DNA of 64,000 nt from Oculina patagonica (GCF_052425735.1 NC_135761.1:8990001-9054000), one strand, 5' to 3'. Positions 1 to 11,655 are shown, numbered from the stretch's first letter. Translations and numbers: made by a program. The notes: generated from the letters alone by a model not told the origin.

Positions 1-250
1 GTTCAGAAGCTCTGTTTTCACCTGGCCGAATAACATCCACTGGATGGGAATTTTCTCGGTCACGCCGTATTCCATTCACTCCTATTCTCTCATGGGATTC
101 CATGTCAACGTACGGTCTACCATTCACTCCTTCCCTCTCAGGGCGTTCAAAATCAACGTAAGGACTATCACTCACTTCTGAGTTTCTGTTCTCAACGTCA
201 GAACTTCTCTCATCTGGTGGATACATCAGGGACAAATCAAGATGTTTGAG
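1..250 (-). pseudogene. Frameshifted continuation of gene A, open to the window edge
   Basis: The +1 frame reads LKHLDLSLMYPPDERSSDVENRNSEVSDSPYVDFERPEREGVNGRPYVDMESHERIG... with no stop to position 1. It has repeated PYVD motifs and the acidic composition of the family linkers. Confidence 0.55.
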
Positions 251-2270
251 GGTCGTCTTGTTTAAAAACGCCTCCATCGTCTTTCGCCTCGCTGTACACA
301 CCATCGTCTTTAATGCGGTTCAAAGCTTTCTCTTCAACAGCCCTCCAGTCAGCAACATCAACTACTAAGTACGCTGGGTAACCGAAGTCCGACGGTCCTG
401 GGCACCTTGGAGGTAGTGGTGGTGGACGATCGCTCCTTGAAAGGTCATTATCTTCTAAATCCTCGATACGGCTTGCTAATAGAAATGGGGGCCTGGGTGG
501 TAATTCAGGGCGCGTCTCTTCAGCATCGTCTTCAGAAGACGTGGCAGAAGTTAGTGATGGTGGACCCTCTTCTCTTGAAACATTGATATGTTCTTTGTCA
601 TCGATACCGCTTGCTATTAGAAATGCGGGCCTGGGTGGTAATTCGGGGTACGTCTCTTCAGCATCATCATCAGAAGATGTGCCAGGAGTTAGTGGTGGTG
701 GACCTTCTCTTGAAACATTGATATCTTCTTTCTCATCGATACCGTTTTCGTTTAGAAATTTGGGCCTGGGTGGTGATTCGGGGCAGGTCCCCTCGGCATC
801 ATCTTGAGAAGACGTGCCAGGAGTTAGTCGTGGTGTGTCGTCTTCTCTTGAAACACTGATATCTTCTTTGTCGTCGATACCACTTTCGTTTAGAAATTCG
901 GGCCTGGGTGGTGATTCGGGGCAAGTCCCCTTGGCATCATCTTCAAAGGAGTTTCCAGTATGTGATTTTGTTAGCGTTGCAGCGACATTCTCTTTATTGC
1001 CTTTGTTTGGTGTACCCACTCGCTTTCTAGGCTTAGGGACTGGTCGACAAGAATTCTGTGGACTAGGTTGCGTGGTAGCGTCTTCTGTTGTCGACCTCGA
1101 TCTCATCTTGGGTGGAAGAGGAGGCGCTTCGTCTGTGTATTTCTCGGTTGTTTTTGAAACATCGGAATTATTAAAGATGGCATCAATATCACAATTTTCA
1201 TAGTCAGCTGCTTCAACTTCAAAAGAAACGCCTGATTTGGAGGCTGATTGTAGACACTGTGCAAGGTCACGCTTTGTTACATCTCTATTTATATATACCT
1301 CCTCCGCGGTTTCGCATTGTTTGCCTGTAGACAAAAACTCAGCTTGACTCACTCCAGTTGTTTTTCGAATAGAAATTGAGGGAGGTTGAAGTGACTCGAA
1401 ATTAAAACGTCTGACTGGGCAAGCTGTAAAATAGCAAGAATTGATTGCTATTTGGTTGAGTCGTTTCAAAGTTTTTGCGCCTGCCTCAAGGGTCTGTCTG
1501 CATCCTTTGATCTTCTTGCTAGTATCAGCCGTGACTTTAAATCCGCAACTAACGCTTATGTCCAATGTTCTCGGGAACAGGTTTAGTGATAACTTTTCAT
1601 CAACTGAAGCTGCGAATACCATTTCCACTTCCGTGTCGCGCACAAGATGGATGTTTTCCAAACTTGACAAGGGACGAGCGCAAACGTCATCATTGGCTCG
1701 TGATTGAGAAACAAATCGAATATTCACTGGTAGTTCGTACTGCGCTAGAACCTCTTCTAAGTAGTATTCCCTTGCGTCCAGGAGCGGCTGAAATCTCCCT
1801 GCTAGTTGCAACGGCAGTTGAACCTCTTTAGCATCATATAAGTCAACTACTTCACATTTTAAGACGCCTTGAATGGGTCGGTTGCTCAACAGTTTCAATG
1901 TAGTCTCTGCTGATATTTGCAGGGATGAAATGTCTTCGAGAACGCAGAGATACGGCGTCTGATGGGCATTGATCAATTCTTGTACTGTGTTATGTTCGCA
2001 GTAGTATTCAAACGGAAGAACCTGAACTTTATTTCTCGTATCCCGTGGCACGCAGAGCTCTTGATTGAATTGATCAAGTGCAATTATCATTCTCTGCCTC
2101 TCCACTTTAAAGAAAACAAGTATTTGTTCCGCTTCCAATGTATCTTCAGCGTTGGTTCCACAAAAGCCTTCCTCGACCTTGACTGTCCTGGGAAGAGTGG
2201 AGCCATGTCGTCCAATAAACGTAGACAGATCGGTGACTGGTGTAGCCATGGCCTTCCTGGTGAAATTCAT
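237..2270 (-). CDS. Gene A: CABIT-domain adaptor (THEMIS/GAREM-like) with Pro-rich repeats; probably C-terminally truncated by a frameshift
   Basis: 677-aa ORF; the likely start is the second Met at 2249 (GCCATGG context). LKC-x10-VQLPLQLAGRF matches the CABIT core consensus phi-x-C-x(7-26)-phi-x-LP-phi-x3-G-x-F. The N-terminal LPRTVKVEEGF motif is shared with the other paralogs. The linker has YIN/YEN and PPLPP[KR] motifs. Confidence 0.8.
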   Translation of the reverse strand: MNFTRKAMATPVTDLSTFIGRHGSTLPRTVKVEEGFCGTNAEDTLEAEQILVFFKVERQRMIIALDQFNQELCVPRDTRNKVQVLPFEYYCEHNTVQELINAHQTPYLCVLEDISSLQISAETTLKLLSNRPIQGVLKCEVVDLYDAKEVQLPLQLAGRFQPLLDAREYYLEEVLAQYELPVNIRFVSQSRANDDVCARPLSSLENIHLVRDTEVEMVFAASVDEKLSLNLFPRTLDISVSCGFKVTADTSKKIKGCRQTLEAGAKTLKRLNQIAINSCYFTACPVRRFNFESLQPPSISIRKTTGVSQAEFLSTGKQCETAEEVYINRDVTKRDLAQCLQSASKSGVSFEVEAADYENCDIDAIFNNSDVSKTTEKYTDEAPPLPPKMRSRSTTEDATTQPSPQNSCRPVPKPRKRVGTPNKGNKENVAATLTKSHTGNSFEDDAKGTCPESPPRPEFLNESGIDDKEDISVSREDDTPRLTPGTSSQDDAEGTCPESPPRPKFLNENGIDEKEDINVSREGPPPLTPGTSSDDDAEETYPELPPRPAFLIASGIDDKEHINVSREEGPPSLTSATSSEDDAEETRPELPPRPPFLLASRIEDLEDNDLSRSDRPPPLPPRCPGPSDFGYPAYLVVDVADWRAVEEKALNRIKDDGVYSEAKDDGGVFKQDDPQTS
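405..950 (-). repeat. Coding tandem repeat in gene A, 4 units of about 45 aa (about 135 bp)
   Basis: Units of the form S(S/F)xDDAxxTxPE(S/L)PPRPxFLxxxxIxxxExxxxSR are visible in both protein and DNA. Confidence 0.9.
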
Positions 2271-3826
2271 ACTAAAAATATTCAGTGAATGGTTTGTTCT
2301 GATGAATCCCTGCCAGGCGTATTGGCCTTCAGCGAGCGTCTGAAGACGACAGTAGAAGACAGGAAGATGGGTGACCCGTCACGTTTGTGGTCGGAAATTG
2401 CATAAGTTAGAGTTAGTGACAGTTGAGTAGTTTCTTTTGATTGTTTGTAATTCGAAATTTTTGATTCGGTTTCGGCTCTTCTGTGTTGTTTTAACATCAA
2501 AAGCGGATATCAGATGGGGTCACAAGTAGATGGCTATTAATTACTGTCTACAATTTAGTCTTAAATGGGTTCATATTGCTCGCGATATCACCCGATAAGT
2601 TTCTCTATACCGCCAAGTTTGTTGTTTCTATTTAAGAAACGTAGTTAGTAGCTCCTCTTGCACGAAGCAAAACAATATTGACGAAGTCGGGCGAAAACAA
2701 GTGGATAAACGGAAAGATTATTTTGCTGTCGCGTGACATTGGATAACCGCCAACCCTTGATATCGGTTGATAGCTGACATTTATCTTACACAATCAAAGG
2801 AGTATGTCACGGTGTTTTAAGTTATTTTTCTGATTACCTTTAAATTAAAGAAAACCTCAAAATAATAGTTTTTCAACGTAGAAAAACAGCAACGGAGAAG
2901 TAAAAACCCGAAAATAAACAACGTTGGTTTCGACTGACGAAGATAAAGACGGATTATGATCGACAAACTTGAAACAACTTGCCAATTCTTCAAGATGCGT
3001 TGTCTTTGACGTAGCTCCTTTACAAAATAACTTCATTTGCCAAGGAACGTATTGGGCTTCAATCTATTTATATAAACTCACGAAAACGAAGGGCAAGTTA
3101 TATTGGTTAGCATTATCTCTTCAAACAGTTTTTTCGAATTTTATTCACTGTGCACGAAAACACTTCCTGGAACCAAATCATCTTCGAGCTGTGTTATTTT
3201 GACTAATTATATATAAACATTAAAAGACGCTCCAAGTTGAACCTTTCCCATCCTATGCTCCTACGAACAATATGTTGTGAATACTAATTAAAGAAGTGAT
3301 TCGTCACAGCATCAAACAAATATATAATGAAGAGAAAATATTGTAGTTTCCTTTGGCGAGGAAAATACTCCTAAATACTTTATCCCTGTGGTCGTCATAG
3401 GTTTGGTACATGTAATTGCATGTTACGTCAATTTATTTGAATCAAAAGCACAGAATGTTAGTTCTTGGTCCGTAAATATTGTGATAGCGCTTGTAGCCAC
3501 TTGTTCTCGAAATGCAAAATGTGGCCAAATTACACCATCAATGAGTCCTCTTTCCATGTTCCGTACAGTGTTCTCTAGACTGAATGCGTGCAGACGAATA
3601 ATTCCGCCTTTCTGTCCCGATTTTCGACACAGGAAGAATTTTGTTTAAGCTGTTGTGTGTCTGCACGCAGATTATCTGTCGCGTAAGCGTTTTCGTCCCG
3701 CTGCAGGCCCTATGGGTTTCATCGTCCGTAAATAAAAACCTTTTTGGGTAAACTGCAGGGATCCAACTGATTTTTTTTTTTTGCGTTTTCAGTTTTGAGA
3801 CAGCATTTTAAAACTGTAATAACGAC

Positions 3827-5200
3827 CACAACAAGGCGACTTTTCCGATCACGTATAACAAGGAATACCGAAACAAGGAAGTACCGCCTTTGTTTTTATT
3901 ACGCATACAGTTTCACATACCTCAAGTATCATCTAATGGATCTAAAAATTACCGTGAGAACATCACGCAGAGAACACTTGAGAAAATGGTATTGATGTCC
4001 ACTTAGTGAGTAATGTGAAGGTTAATTTCTTTTTTTTTTCTATAAATAGTCCATATCCAGAACAACTAAGTTTCGAAATTATAAGAAAATTTCCATCGAT
4101 ATTTCGAAAACGTGCAAAGTTTCTTACCATACGTTGCTTCATGAGTTTTGGAGATTTTCGAAAATGTCCGAAAATATCTCACTTTTGAATGTCTCTTTTT
4201 GTCTTTACCCTTGAAAGCTTCGCCAGCTGAAGTTGACATCCGACATGCCCTTAAATGTTGCTTTCGATGTCACGTTCACGATTTTCACATTTTATACCTA
4301 ATATTGACAAATTCCTATTTTTGGTCAAAGGTTCTGATGTAAGCAAACACGGAAATATCTATATATTCCAAATAAACAAAGGCTTTTGGTTAAAAATCCC
4401 AACTGGCAGAAGGCAGACAAGATGACCGAGATTGACATCAGTACTGGCTAGATTTGAGGACAAGAACCCAGGCCACAGAATGTCCAGTCCATCTGTGAAA
4501 GAATTAAGCTACAACAAGGAACACAACAAGGCATTTATTTTTCGATCACGTAACAAGGAAAACTGAAATAAGGAAGAACCACCTCCGCGTATTGTTACGA
4601 CAGTTTCACATACCTCGACCTATACAAGTATCATCGTATGGATCAAAAAAGTACTGATGAGCACATTACGTGAAGGCCACTTGAGAAAATGAGATTTATG
4701 TCCGTCAAATGAGTAGTCAGTCGTTGTTTATTTCAGGCTAATTTCGTTTCTTTCCACAAGTTGAACAGCTTCACAATCAGTAAAAATTTCCAGTGATCTT
4801 TCAAAAACTGTGAAAGATATTTGGGTGTTGCTCAAAGGGTTCTAGAGTTTTTCAAAAATCGTCCAAAAATGTCTCACTTTTTAGGGTGTTTCGTAGAATC
4901 TAAATGACTTTTTACACAAGAAAGCTACACCAGCAGCGACTGAAAATCTTGTTGGACGTCCACATCAGACCGAATTTATCTCAAATATTGTCTTTAGACA
5001 ACATCGAATGTTGTAGAACACTATTTAGAAACATACCCCGTGAATTACCCCGTGTCATGTTAACGATGTTATATTCGATATTGCTTTATTAAGTTCTATT
5101 TTTAGTCATGCAACGTTATAAATACAAACAAATACTGAAATAGCTTTTTGCAAATGAACACAATGTTCATGGATAAAAATCCCAACTAGCATGAGGCAGA
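3827..5200. repeat. Old diverged direct duplication, two units of about 0.6-0.7 kb
   Basis: cacaacaaggc...cgatcacgt...cagtttcacatacctc...cacttgagaaaatg occurs at about 3827 and about 4522. Both units run into an aaaaatcccaact SINE-end sequence. Confidence 0.7.
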
Positions 5201-5338
5201 CCAGTTAGCTATTTTACAAGTGTAGCCGAGCGGTCCGACCGTGATTACTACACCAGTAAGTGGTCGGAATGGAGACACGAATCCGGGACCTCAGGAATTT
5301 GAAATCAAGATCTTCAACCTCTCGGCCACGCTGCCTCC
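5140..5338 (-). mobile_element. tRNA-derived SINE (degenerate)
   Basis: The minus strand begins GGAGGCAGCGTGGCCGAGAGGTT (tRNA-like head, box A), then a degenerate box B, then CTTGTAAAATAGCTAACTGGTCTGCCTC...AGTTGGGATTTTT. A second fragment of the same 3' end lies at about 4392. Confidence 0.65.
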
Positions 5339-5640
5339 TCGAACCACGCTGCAATGCCTTGTGATAAATAGCCTTTTTACAAGTATTTATACCTTTTAGC
5401 ATCTTCTTATCTTTTGTTTTATATCTGTTTATCCTTTTGCAGTCCTAACAGTGATCAATAAGTTATTTATTTCTCTCTTTAAAATATCAATAATGGTAAG
5501 TGTATGGACAATGTGAGTACAGTAACTCGCCACTCTCAAATTCTCCTTGCAAACAAGATAAGAATTCATATGGACACGGTATTGTACAATAGTCGAGTAC
5601 ATTTTCGGTATGGCACATGAAGGCAAAACTTAGTAGGGTA

Positions 5641-5727
5641 CAGTGGAACCTCGATATAACGAAGGGCCAAGGGACTGACAAAATTTGTTCGCTATAACGA
5701 GGTTTCGCGATCGTTATATCGAGGTAC
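5641..5727. mobile_element. Fragment of a Tc1/mariner-pogo type MITE
   Basis: TA followed by CAGTGGAACCTCGATATAACGA, with the internal inverted copy TCGTTATATCGAGGT. Duplicated at about 13996. Confidence 0.55.
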
Positions 5728-6509
5728 TTTCTCATTCGATTTCGTCTTTTTAGGAAAAGTGACTTAAGAGCTATAAACCCTTAGATTAATGTTCCCAATA
5801 TTTGGATTCAGCATCTAACAGTATCATTGGGCGTTTTTGCCAAAAGAACACAGCATGTTCTAACATGTTGGACTGTTCCAAACGATTTTGCAAATGTTGG
5901 AACATGTTGTAAGTTTGACATGCATCAAACTTCTGTCCAACATTTTGCAACATGTCCCAACAGGATGGTCAAACGATTCCAACATTTTTAGCTAAATATG
6001 TCGGATGAGGGCTTCGTAAACACCCTTTTCATTTTCAAAACATTTAACTGACTGCTATAAAAACTCAAGGTTACATGCTAGTGGCCTCAGAATGGACCAT
6101 CTCCAGTCTCTAATTTCATCATGCCCTTTTCGTTTCTTTACTGTTTTTGTAATAGCGCTTTTGGATCTTTGAGGAAAAGCGCACTATAAATCTGTTATTA
6201 TTGTTATTATTTTTGATATTCTCTAGGTCAATGGGTATTCTTTGTCAGATCCGTGTCAAACGTTTTCCAACGGCCGTTGCACAGTGGCCAGCCATGAAAC
6301 GACGAGCAAGTAAAAAAAAAAAAAAAATTTAAGAAATAAAATATCAGAAAAGAGCCTGTAAGACTCTATAGTGAAACAGCAAAGCTCCATCACGCTAGTA
6401 GCAGTTTAAATGTTCTCCTATAGAATACATATAACAGGCTGTTCCTTTGCACGTTTTTAACAGAGTCTAGGCCCTCGTAGTTTAAGGGGTATGTGTGTCC
6501 TGCCAACCG

Positions 6510-8948
6510 CTATAGCTGCGGTCTCCACCCAGCAATTACTTTAAGAAGTTTCAAACGGTGGAAGCGATCCATTCCAAACGACTCCAAAGCTTCTTCATCC
6601 AAGCAGACGAGCATGCTGCCATCAACCTGGCGCTCGTTGAAAATCTTCTCAAATTGTTGCATGTTCAGGCTCTTTAAACACTCGAGTACTTCAGTGACTC
6701 TCAGAGTAGTTAAGTCTTGTGGAATAATAAAACTGGTCTTCGAAACATCTTTCACAGTTGACTGGAATTCTTCTGATGTTGTTGGCTCTTGCCCTGTTTT
6801 AGGTCTTGATGTTGTGTCGTGGCCGATGCCTGGAGTGACTTGAAGTTTCTGTTCATTAGTCGGAGACAAGTGGCTTTCATCTTGTGATGTTTTCGAGAAA
6901 GAACGTGGCTTAACCCTTGGGGATGGAACAGGTTGGCGGCCTTTGAAGCTTGCAACTTTGTCTCCTAATACGTTTGTCGCTTTGTGAGGAATCTCGGGAC
7001 GTATAACTTCCCCGGTGTGTTTGATACGTGAAGGACGTGGTGGGGGGTCCTTTTTGACCGTTTTACTTGCAGATGTGTCAGCCACAAGTGTACCTTGCTG
7101 TTGGGTCTTGGAATTCGCGTCCTTGTCACTTCTTTGAGGAGGTTCTGGCAGACTTTCCGTTTTGTTTGTGCTGGTTGGCAGTACCCGCATACCATTAACG
7201 CTATGTCTTCCGTTTGCCTCCGGTTTAGTGCCCACTGGACGATCCCCGCTGGACAATTGAGATCCCCCTGAACAACTTCCTTGTTTAAAAGGAACTGATG
7301 GAAGTGCATCACCGCTTGAACGAGTCACCTTCGGTACAAGCAAGATGTTTTGGTTTAAGGCAACAGTTGTCTCTGACTCCGTCTCCTCAGAGCCATAAAA
7401 CAGGTTTTTCTTTGCCGACGAAGTTGTCGTTTGCGGCAACGGATTCCTATTCAGTGATTGGCTAGCACAGCTCTGGACGATAAAATTGTCTGCGCCGCCG
7501 GGAGCACTTTCAGTTTCGGCCACTTTTTCCTTCCTTCCGAACGTTTTCATCTTCGTGCATGACATTAAGGTCGGGGACATTTTCGAAATCTTCAACGAAA
7601 CCACTTCACCTTGATGTTGACAGCTCTCAGAATCTTCCGAGGTTTGATCCATTACGTGCATCAGTTTGTTTAAATTCTGTTTCGATACTTGATGAGTGCT
7701 CGAGTCGCTTCTTCTTCTCTCCATTAACAAAGGATTGTGTTTCGCTTCTGGCCGTGCGCTAAAATTCAAGTCGTCGTAAACGTGTTCCTTGCTGTCCATG
7801 ACGTTTGCTTGTAGTTGTAATTCGCTGTTAGTCCTTTGTAATAAAACAGTTCCTTTACCAGGAAGTGTCACACTTTTGCTTCTTAACACTCTTTTGGGAG
7901 GCACCGGTGAATAAGTATTATGGCGGGCTCCTAACCCGTCGTGACCCAACTGTGCGATTGTCATGCACTTGCCACTGATTTCGCTGTCTCCTTTAAATGT
8001 AACTCCTCTTTTTGGCTGAGACGAGCTTGGCAGTGGTTTGAAGCCAGACATGTCTTCATACTGATTTTCGTCGTCGAGAAATTCTTTGATATCGTTACCA
8101 GCTTCGTTCTTCGTCGATATAAACTTCAAGGAAACATCCGGTGACTTAGGTATAGCTTTCATTGTTAAAGGCACGACGCTGATCGGTAGCGTCTTGGGAA
8201 ATGAGAACTTTGAGGTCACGCCTTGGACTTCCGTTGTAGCCGTCACGAATGAGTCTGCCAGAATCCCCTTCAATTTGACAACACCTTCAGGCAAAACTGG
8301 GTAAGAATCTCTTTTTGAAGGTCCGCGTATTTCCTCTTTTTCCGCAGTATCCTCGTTTGTAATTGTATCAATAAATCTCACATAGACGGGGAGCTTATTC
8401 TTCTTTACAAATTTGGCAAGTGGTAACTCTTCACCGTCCCAGAGCGCTTGAAATTTCGCTTGACAACTCGCTGGAACTTTCAACAGAGGTTTCCCCTTGT
8501 CGCTAACTTTTTTGAAAGCCACAAAGTTTTCACGAGACTTTTTCTTTTTAATCTTGAGTTTGTCGCCATTCTTTATGACAGTTTCGTAGTTGGGATCGGT
8601 CTCAATAACGCGCACGAATTTTATAGCCGAGCTATCATGGCCCAGGTCTTGAAGCCTGAGCTTCTGTTGAAATCTCTCTTCTGCTACCCGTTCCACAGTA
8701 CAAGGGTAGCCAAGCGGAATACGACTTTCTTCGCCTTCTGCGTCTTCAAACAACACAGTTTCGACGCTTTCGATCGTCAACAAGTTGTAGACAGTATCCG
8801 CTCCAATAGTTGTGCACTGTAACTCGTCGTAATATCCATCCTGCACCTTCACTAGTTGAGGGAGAGTAAACTTATCTAGAAAATCTCTCAGTGAGTATGA
8901 GCCAGTGTTACTTGCTGAAACGGAATTAATCATTCGAAAGTCGCACAT
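6510..8948 (-). CDS. Gene B1: CABIT-like domain, long linker, C-terminal SAM domain (GAREM-like architecture)
   Basis: 812-aa ORF with family motifs LPQLVKVQDGYY and LPVYVRF. The C-terminus LRVTEVLECLKSLNMQQFEKIFNERQVDGSMLVCLDEEALESFGM is a typical SAM domain. The linker has YEDM and YDDL. Confidence 0.85.
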   Translation of the reverse strand: MCDFRMINSVSASNTGSYSLRDFLDKFTLPQLVKVQDGYYDELQCTTIGADTVYNLLTIESVETVLFEDAEGEESRIPLGYPCTVERVAEERFQQKLRLQDLGHDSSAIKFVRVIETDPNYETVIKNGDKLKIKKKKSRENFVAFKKVSDKGKPLLKVPASCQAKFQALWDGEELPLAKFVKKNKLPVYVRFIDTITNEDTAEKEEIRGPSKRDSYPVLPEGVVKLKGILADSFVTATTEVQGVTSKFSFPKTLPISVVPLTMKAIPKSPDVSLKFISTKNEAGNDIKEFLDDENQYEDMSGFKPLPSSSQPKRGVTFKGDSEISGKCMTIAQLGHDGLGARHNTYSPVPPKRVLRSKSVTLPGKGTVLLQRTNSELQLQANVMDSKEHVYDDLNFSARPEAKHNPLLMERRRSDSSTHQVSKQNLNKLMHVMDQTSEDSESCQHQGEVVSLKISKMSPTLMSCTKMKTFGRKEKVAETESAPGGADNFIVQSCASQSLNRNPLPQTTTSSAKKNLFYGSEETESETTVALNQNILLVPKVTRSSGDALPSVPFKQGSCSGGSQLSSGDRPVGTKPEANGRHSVNGMRVLPTSTNKTESLPEPPQRSDKDANSKTQQQGTLVADTSASKTVKKDPPPRPSRIKHTGEVIRPEIPHKATNVLGDKVASFKGRQPVPSPRVKPRSFSKTSQDESHLSPTNEQKLQVTPGIGHDTTSRPKTGQEPTTSEEFQSTVKDVSKTSFIIPQDLTTLRVTEVLECLKSLNMQQFEKIFNERQVDGSMLVCLDEEALESFGMDRFHRLKLLKVIAGWRPQL

Positions 8949-9624
8949 CGGTGGAATTAGGTACCTGCTAATGTCTTAGTAATATTACGCTTCTTCTTCT
9001 TCAGTGACCGGAGCCTAAGCTTTGCATGCTAACGCTGCCTCGTGAAGGGAAGACGAACTCCATGGAGCTATTAAGTCTTCTTACTGTTAAATTGCCTCAA
9101 CTCGACTTCCGTTCGAAATGAAACTGGTTTCTTGTCAAGATCGACGAGTCGTTTTTGAAACAAATGCTGTTGTCTTCCTTAAAAGTTTCGAAACTGAAAT
9201 ATGATAACCAGTTATTTTCGAAACGCTTTTTCCATATTGAAAAGTTTGCAATTGTCAGTTTTTTCCTTACCATTTTTAGCCATTTTGGCTCTAACCTATG
9301 ACAGGTGGTCATAGATTGATAGGGCTTCTGTTTAGAAACGGTGTTTGTTAAGATGAAAGAATTGCCCTGCTAAAAAGGAAGTTATCTATTGAATAGTTTC
9401 CATCCATAGATAGATTTTCTCTACATCTAACGTTTCAGGGAATCCTTCCTAAATTTTCAAAACGCGATTCCTATTTAATTATGCATGTAGGAAATAAATT
9501 ATGCAAGGTTACTTTCTACGTCGTCATTTTAGCTGAAATATTTTTTTAAAGAAACAGTCAGCCTTTTTATAGGCTTACGAAATGGCGCAAATGAAATGAT
9601 ACGGTTACAGTTGTAAAAGAAGTA

Positions 9625-10124
9625 CAGTAGAACCCCGATAACTCGAACTCTGAAGGGAAACGAAAAACAGTTCGAGTTAGCGGGGTTTAGAGTTATCGGG
9701 GTCATTTGAATAATTAATTTGCCAAGTTAATAATTGAAAGTTAACTGATTTTTCAGCACTTCAGTATACAGTACAGTGCAAATTAAACTAATCTCATCAG
9801 AAACTCTAACATGATCATAAATTCTTATGATAAGAGTGGCAAATGGCTGTCAAATACGTGATCGGTTCGTTGCTCTATAAATCAATGGGCCACCGTGGTG
9901 AGTTGCAAGAACCGGAATTCGAGTTATCGGGGTAAATTTGACCCAAATTTTGATCAAGGGAAACGAAATTTAGTTCGAGTTAGCGGGGTTTTCGAGTTAT
10001 CCGAGTTCGAGTTAACCGGGTAAAAATGACTGAAAAGTGTTGTGAAATCCAAGGGAAATGGAAGTTAGTTCGAGTTAGCGGGGTTGTTCGAGTTATCCGA
10101 GTTCGAGTTACCGGGGTTCTACTG
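9625..10124. mobile_element. 500-bp Tc1/mariner-pogo type MITE with TA target-site duplication
   Basis: TIR CAGTAGAACCCCG(A/G)TAACTCGAACTC at both ends, TA on both sides, internal TTCGAGTTA repeats. The empty site agaagTAttctt is at 33516-33527. Confidence 0.92.
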
Positions 10125-10751
10125 TATTCTTATTTATAATCACGACCATAAAACAAACAAAGCGGGTGTGCAGCTCGTACTATATGTCCGAGTATTTAAT
10201 GCCGTCCTCATCAAGTACATTGCTCAAACACACATAACTGAAACACTACTCGGACTACAAGCCTATGTGCCGCCTGGTACAAAAACCCAAAAACCTATTG
10301 GGGAAAATTGCAAAGTACTCCCCGACCAAACGCAGGCGCGTGAACCTTTGGGGGTTATTAAAGGTAAAGTACAAAGATAACAAAAGTGTATAAAACAAAA
10401 GTTGTAAAGTTCGAGAGCTGAGATACATACATTGCTCGATTATCAATCCCTATATACGTTACAACAATAGAGTCAATTAACGCCATAACGGCTCACATGC
10501 GTATAAATAAAAATTTTCATACCACTCACAGTTTAGTTCCGCCGAATGTAAATACATAAGTCTCGTAGCTGTAAGTATGTTTTTCTAAACCAATAAAAAA
10601 GGCCTTGTCCCCTTTACGTTTTCATGTGATACTCACAAAGCCGGAAGAATCTCAAGTTCATATAGTTGAGCATGGTATCATTTAGCCTTGGCCTTCGAAA
10701 CCAACGTGGACGACAGTGCGGAAAGCAGTACAGCGAGTTCAAGTAAAAAGA

Positions 10752-10910
10752 AAAGCGGCGGAAGATACTGCGTTACAGGAGCGCAGAAAAAACACTAGTT
10801 GTAAGAACAACTCTTACACAGATAGAATCGACATGCACCAATTTTCATCTAATCCGGTAGTACGAAATAAGTGGGTGGAATTTGTCCAAAGACACCGTGT
10901 CGATTTTAAC
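10752..10910 (+). pseudogene. Degenerate THAP zinc-finger fragment (DNA transposon relic)
   Basis: KSGGRYCVTGA, then a frameshift, then NTSCKNNSYTDRIDMHQFSSNPVVRNKWVEFVQRHRVDF. This fits the THAP pattern C...C...HxF...R..W, truncated before the CxxHF motif. Confidence 0.6.
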
Positions 10911-11655
10911 GCGTCTCCTGGCCGTGTTTGCTATGTACTTAAATCTTGTTTCATTATAGGTGAATGTCAAAACAGCAAAATTCTAACTTGACCGAAGAAA
11001 AAAAATAAAAAATATATTTTTTTATCTGTGGACCTCGATGTGATTTCTTTTGTTTTATTCTCCTTCGAAGCCACGTAAGAATTATTATATATCGAAATAG
11101 GCCTCCTCCCCCCCCCCCCCCCCCCCCCCCCACCCCAAATATAATGTCCCATAAAACTCAGACGCAAAAGTCCTTCCGAGTGTAAGCCCATATTGTTGGG
11201 TTGTTTTTGTATTTTACGTTGTTAGAGAATGCGCAGAGACCTTTAATGTTTGTCAAACGACTGAAGGACTTGTGAGAGTTTTTCCATGTGGTATTCTTGT
11301 ATGCTCCAAACAACTTTTAGCTGTTCAGACACAGTGTCCGTCCGCATAGAAACCCAGCGATTTTTAAAACGCAAATTTCCGTCCTAAAATAAGCTCTAAA
11401 AGCTTTCAAACTTCTTCGGGCTGGAGAGGTTACCCCAAACCCCCTCCCCTTCGCTTCTCCTCCCCTCCCCTACAACCTCGCGCATACGCCGCACTAACGC
11501 ACCCACGAAAATCCTGGCAACAGGGAATGAAGGGGCGCCCCCCACAGAAGGGGGCGGGAAATACGCTAGAAAGGAGTCAGCCACACGTTAAAGTGAATAA
11601 CGACAGGTAATGACTTTGCTTTCACTTTTGTGAAAAACAACAGCCTTAAAAAACC

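Noticed and set aside
260-268. TTTAAAC slippery heptamer on the minus strand near the end of gene A
   Set aside because: It is phased TTT AAA C in the ORF and the open continuation is in the +1 frame, so it does not fit -1 programmed frameshifting.
5265-5338. Possible tRNA gene
   Set aside because: Box B and the stems are degenerate and the sequence continues into a SINE body.
5820-6010. CAACATGTTG-rich imperfect palindromic stretch
   Set aside because: Probably a decayed MITE, but its ends and TSD could not be defined.
9920-10115. Repeated TTCGAGTTA units resembling a CRISPR-like array
   Set aside because: Spacing is irregular, there are no unique spacers, and they lie inside a TIR-bounded MITE in eukaryotic DNA.
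11107-11131. Poly-C tract and the poly-Gly ORFs it generates
   Set aside because: A simple homopolymer of variable length between copies (much shorter at about 35206); no coding support.
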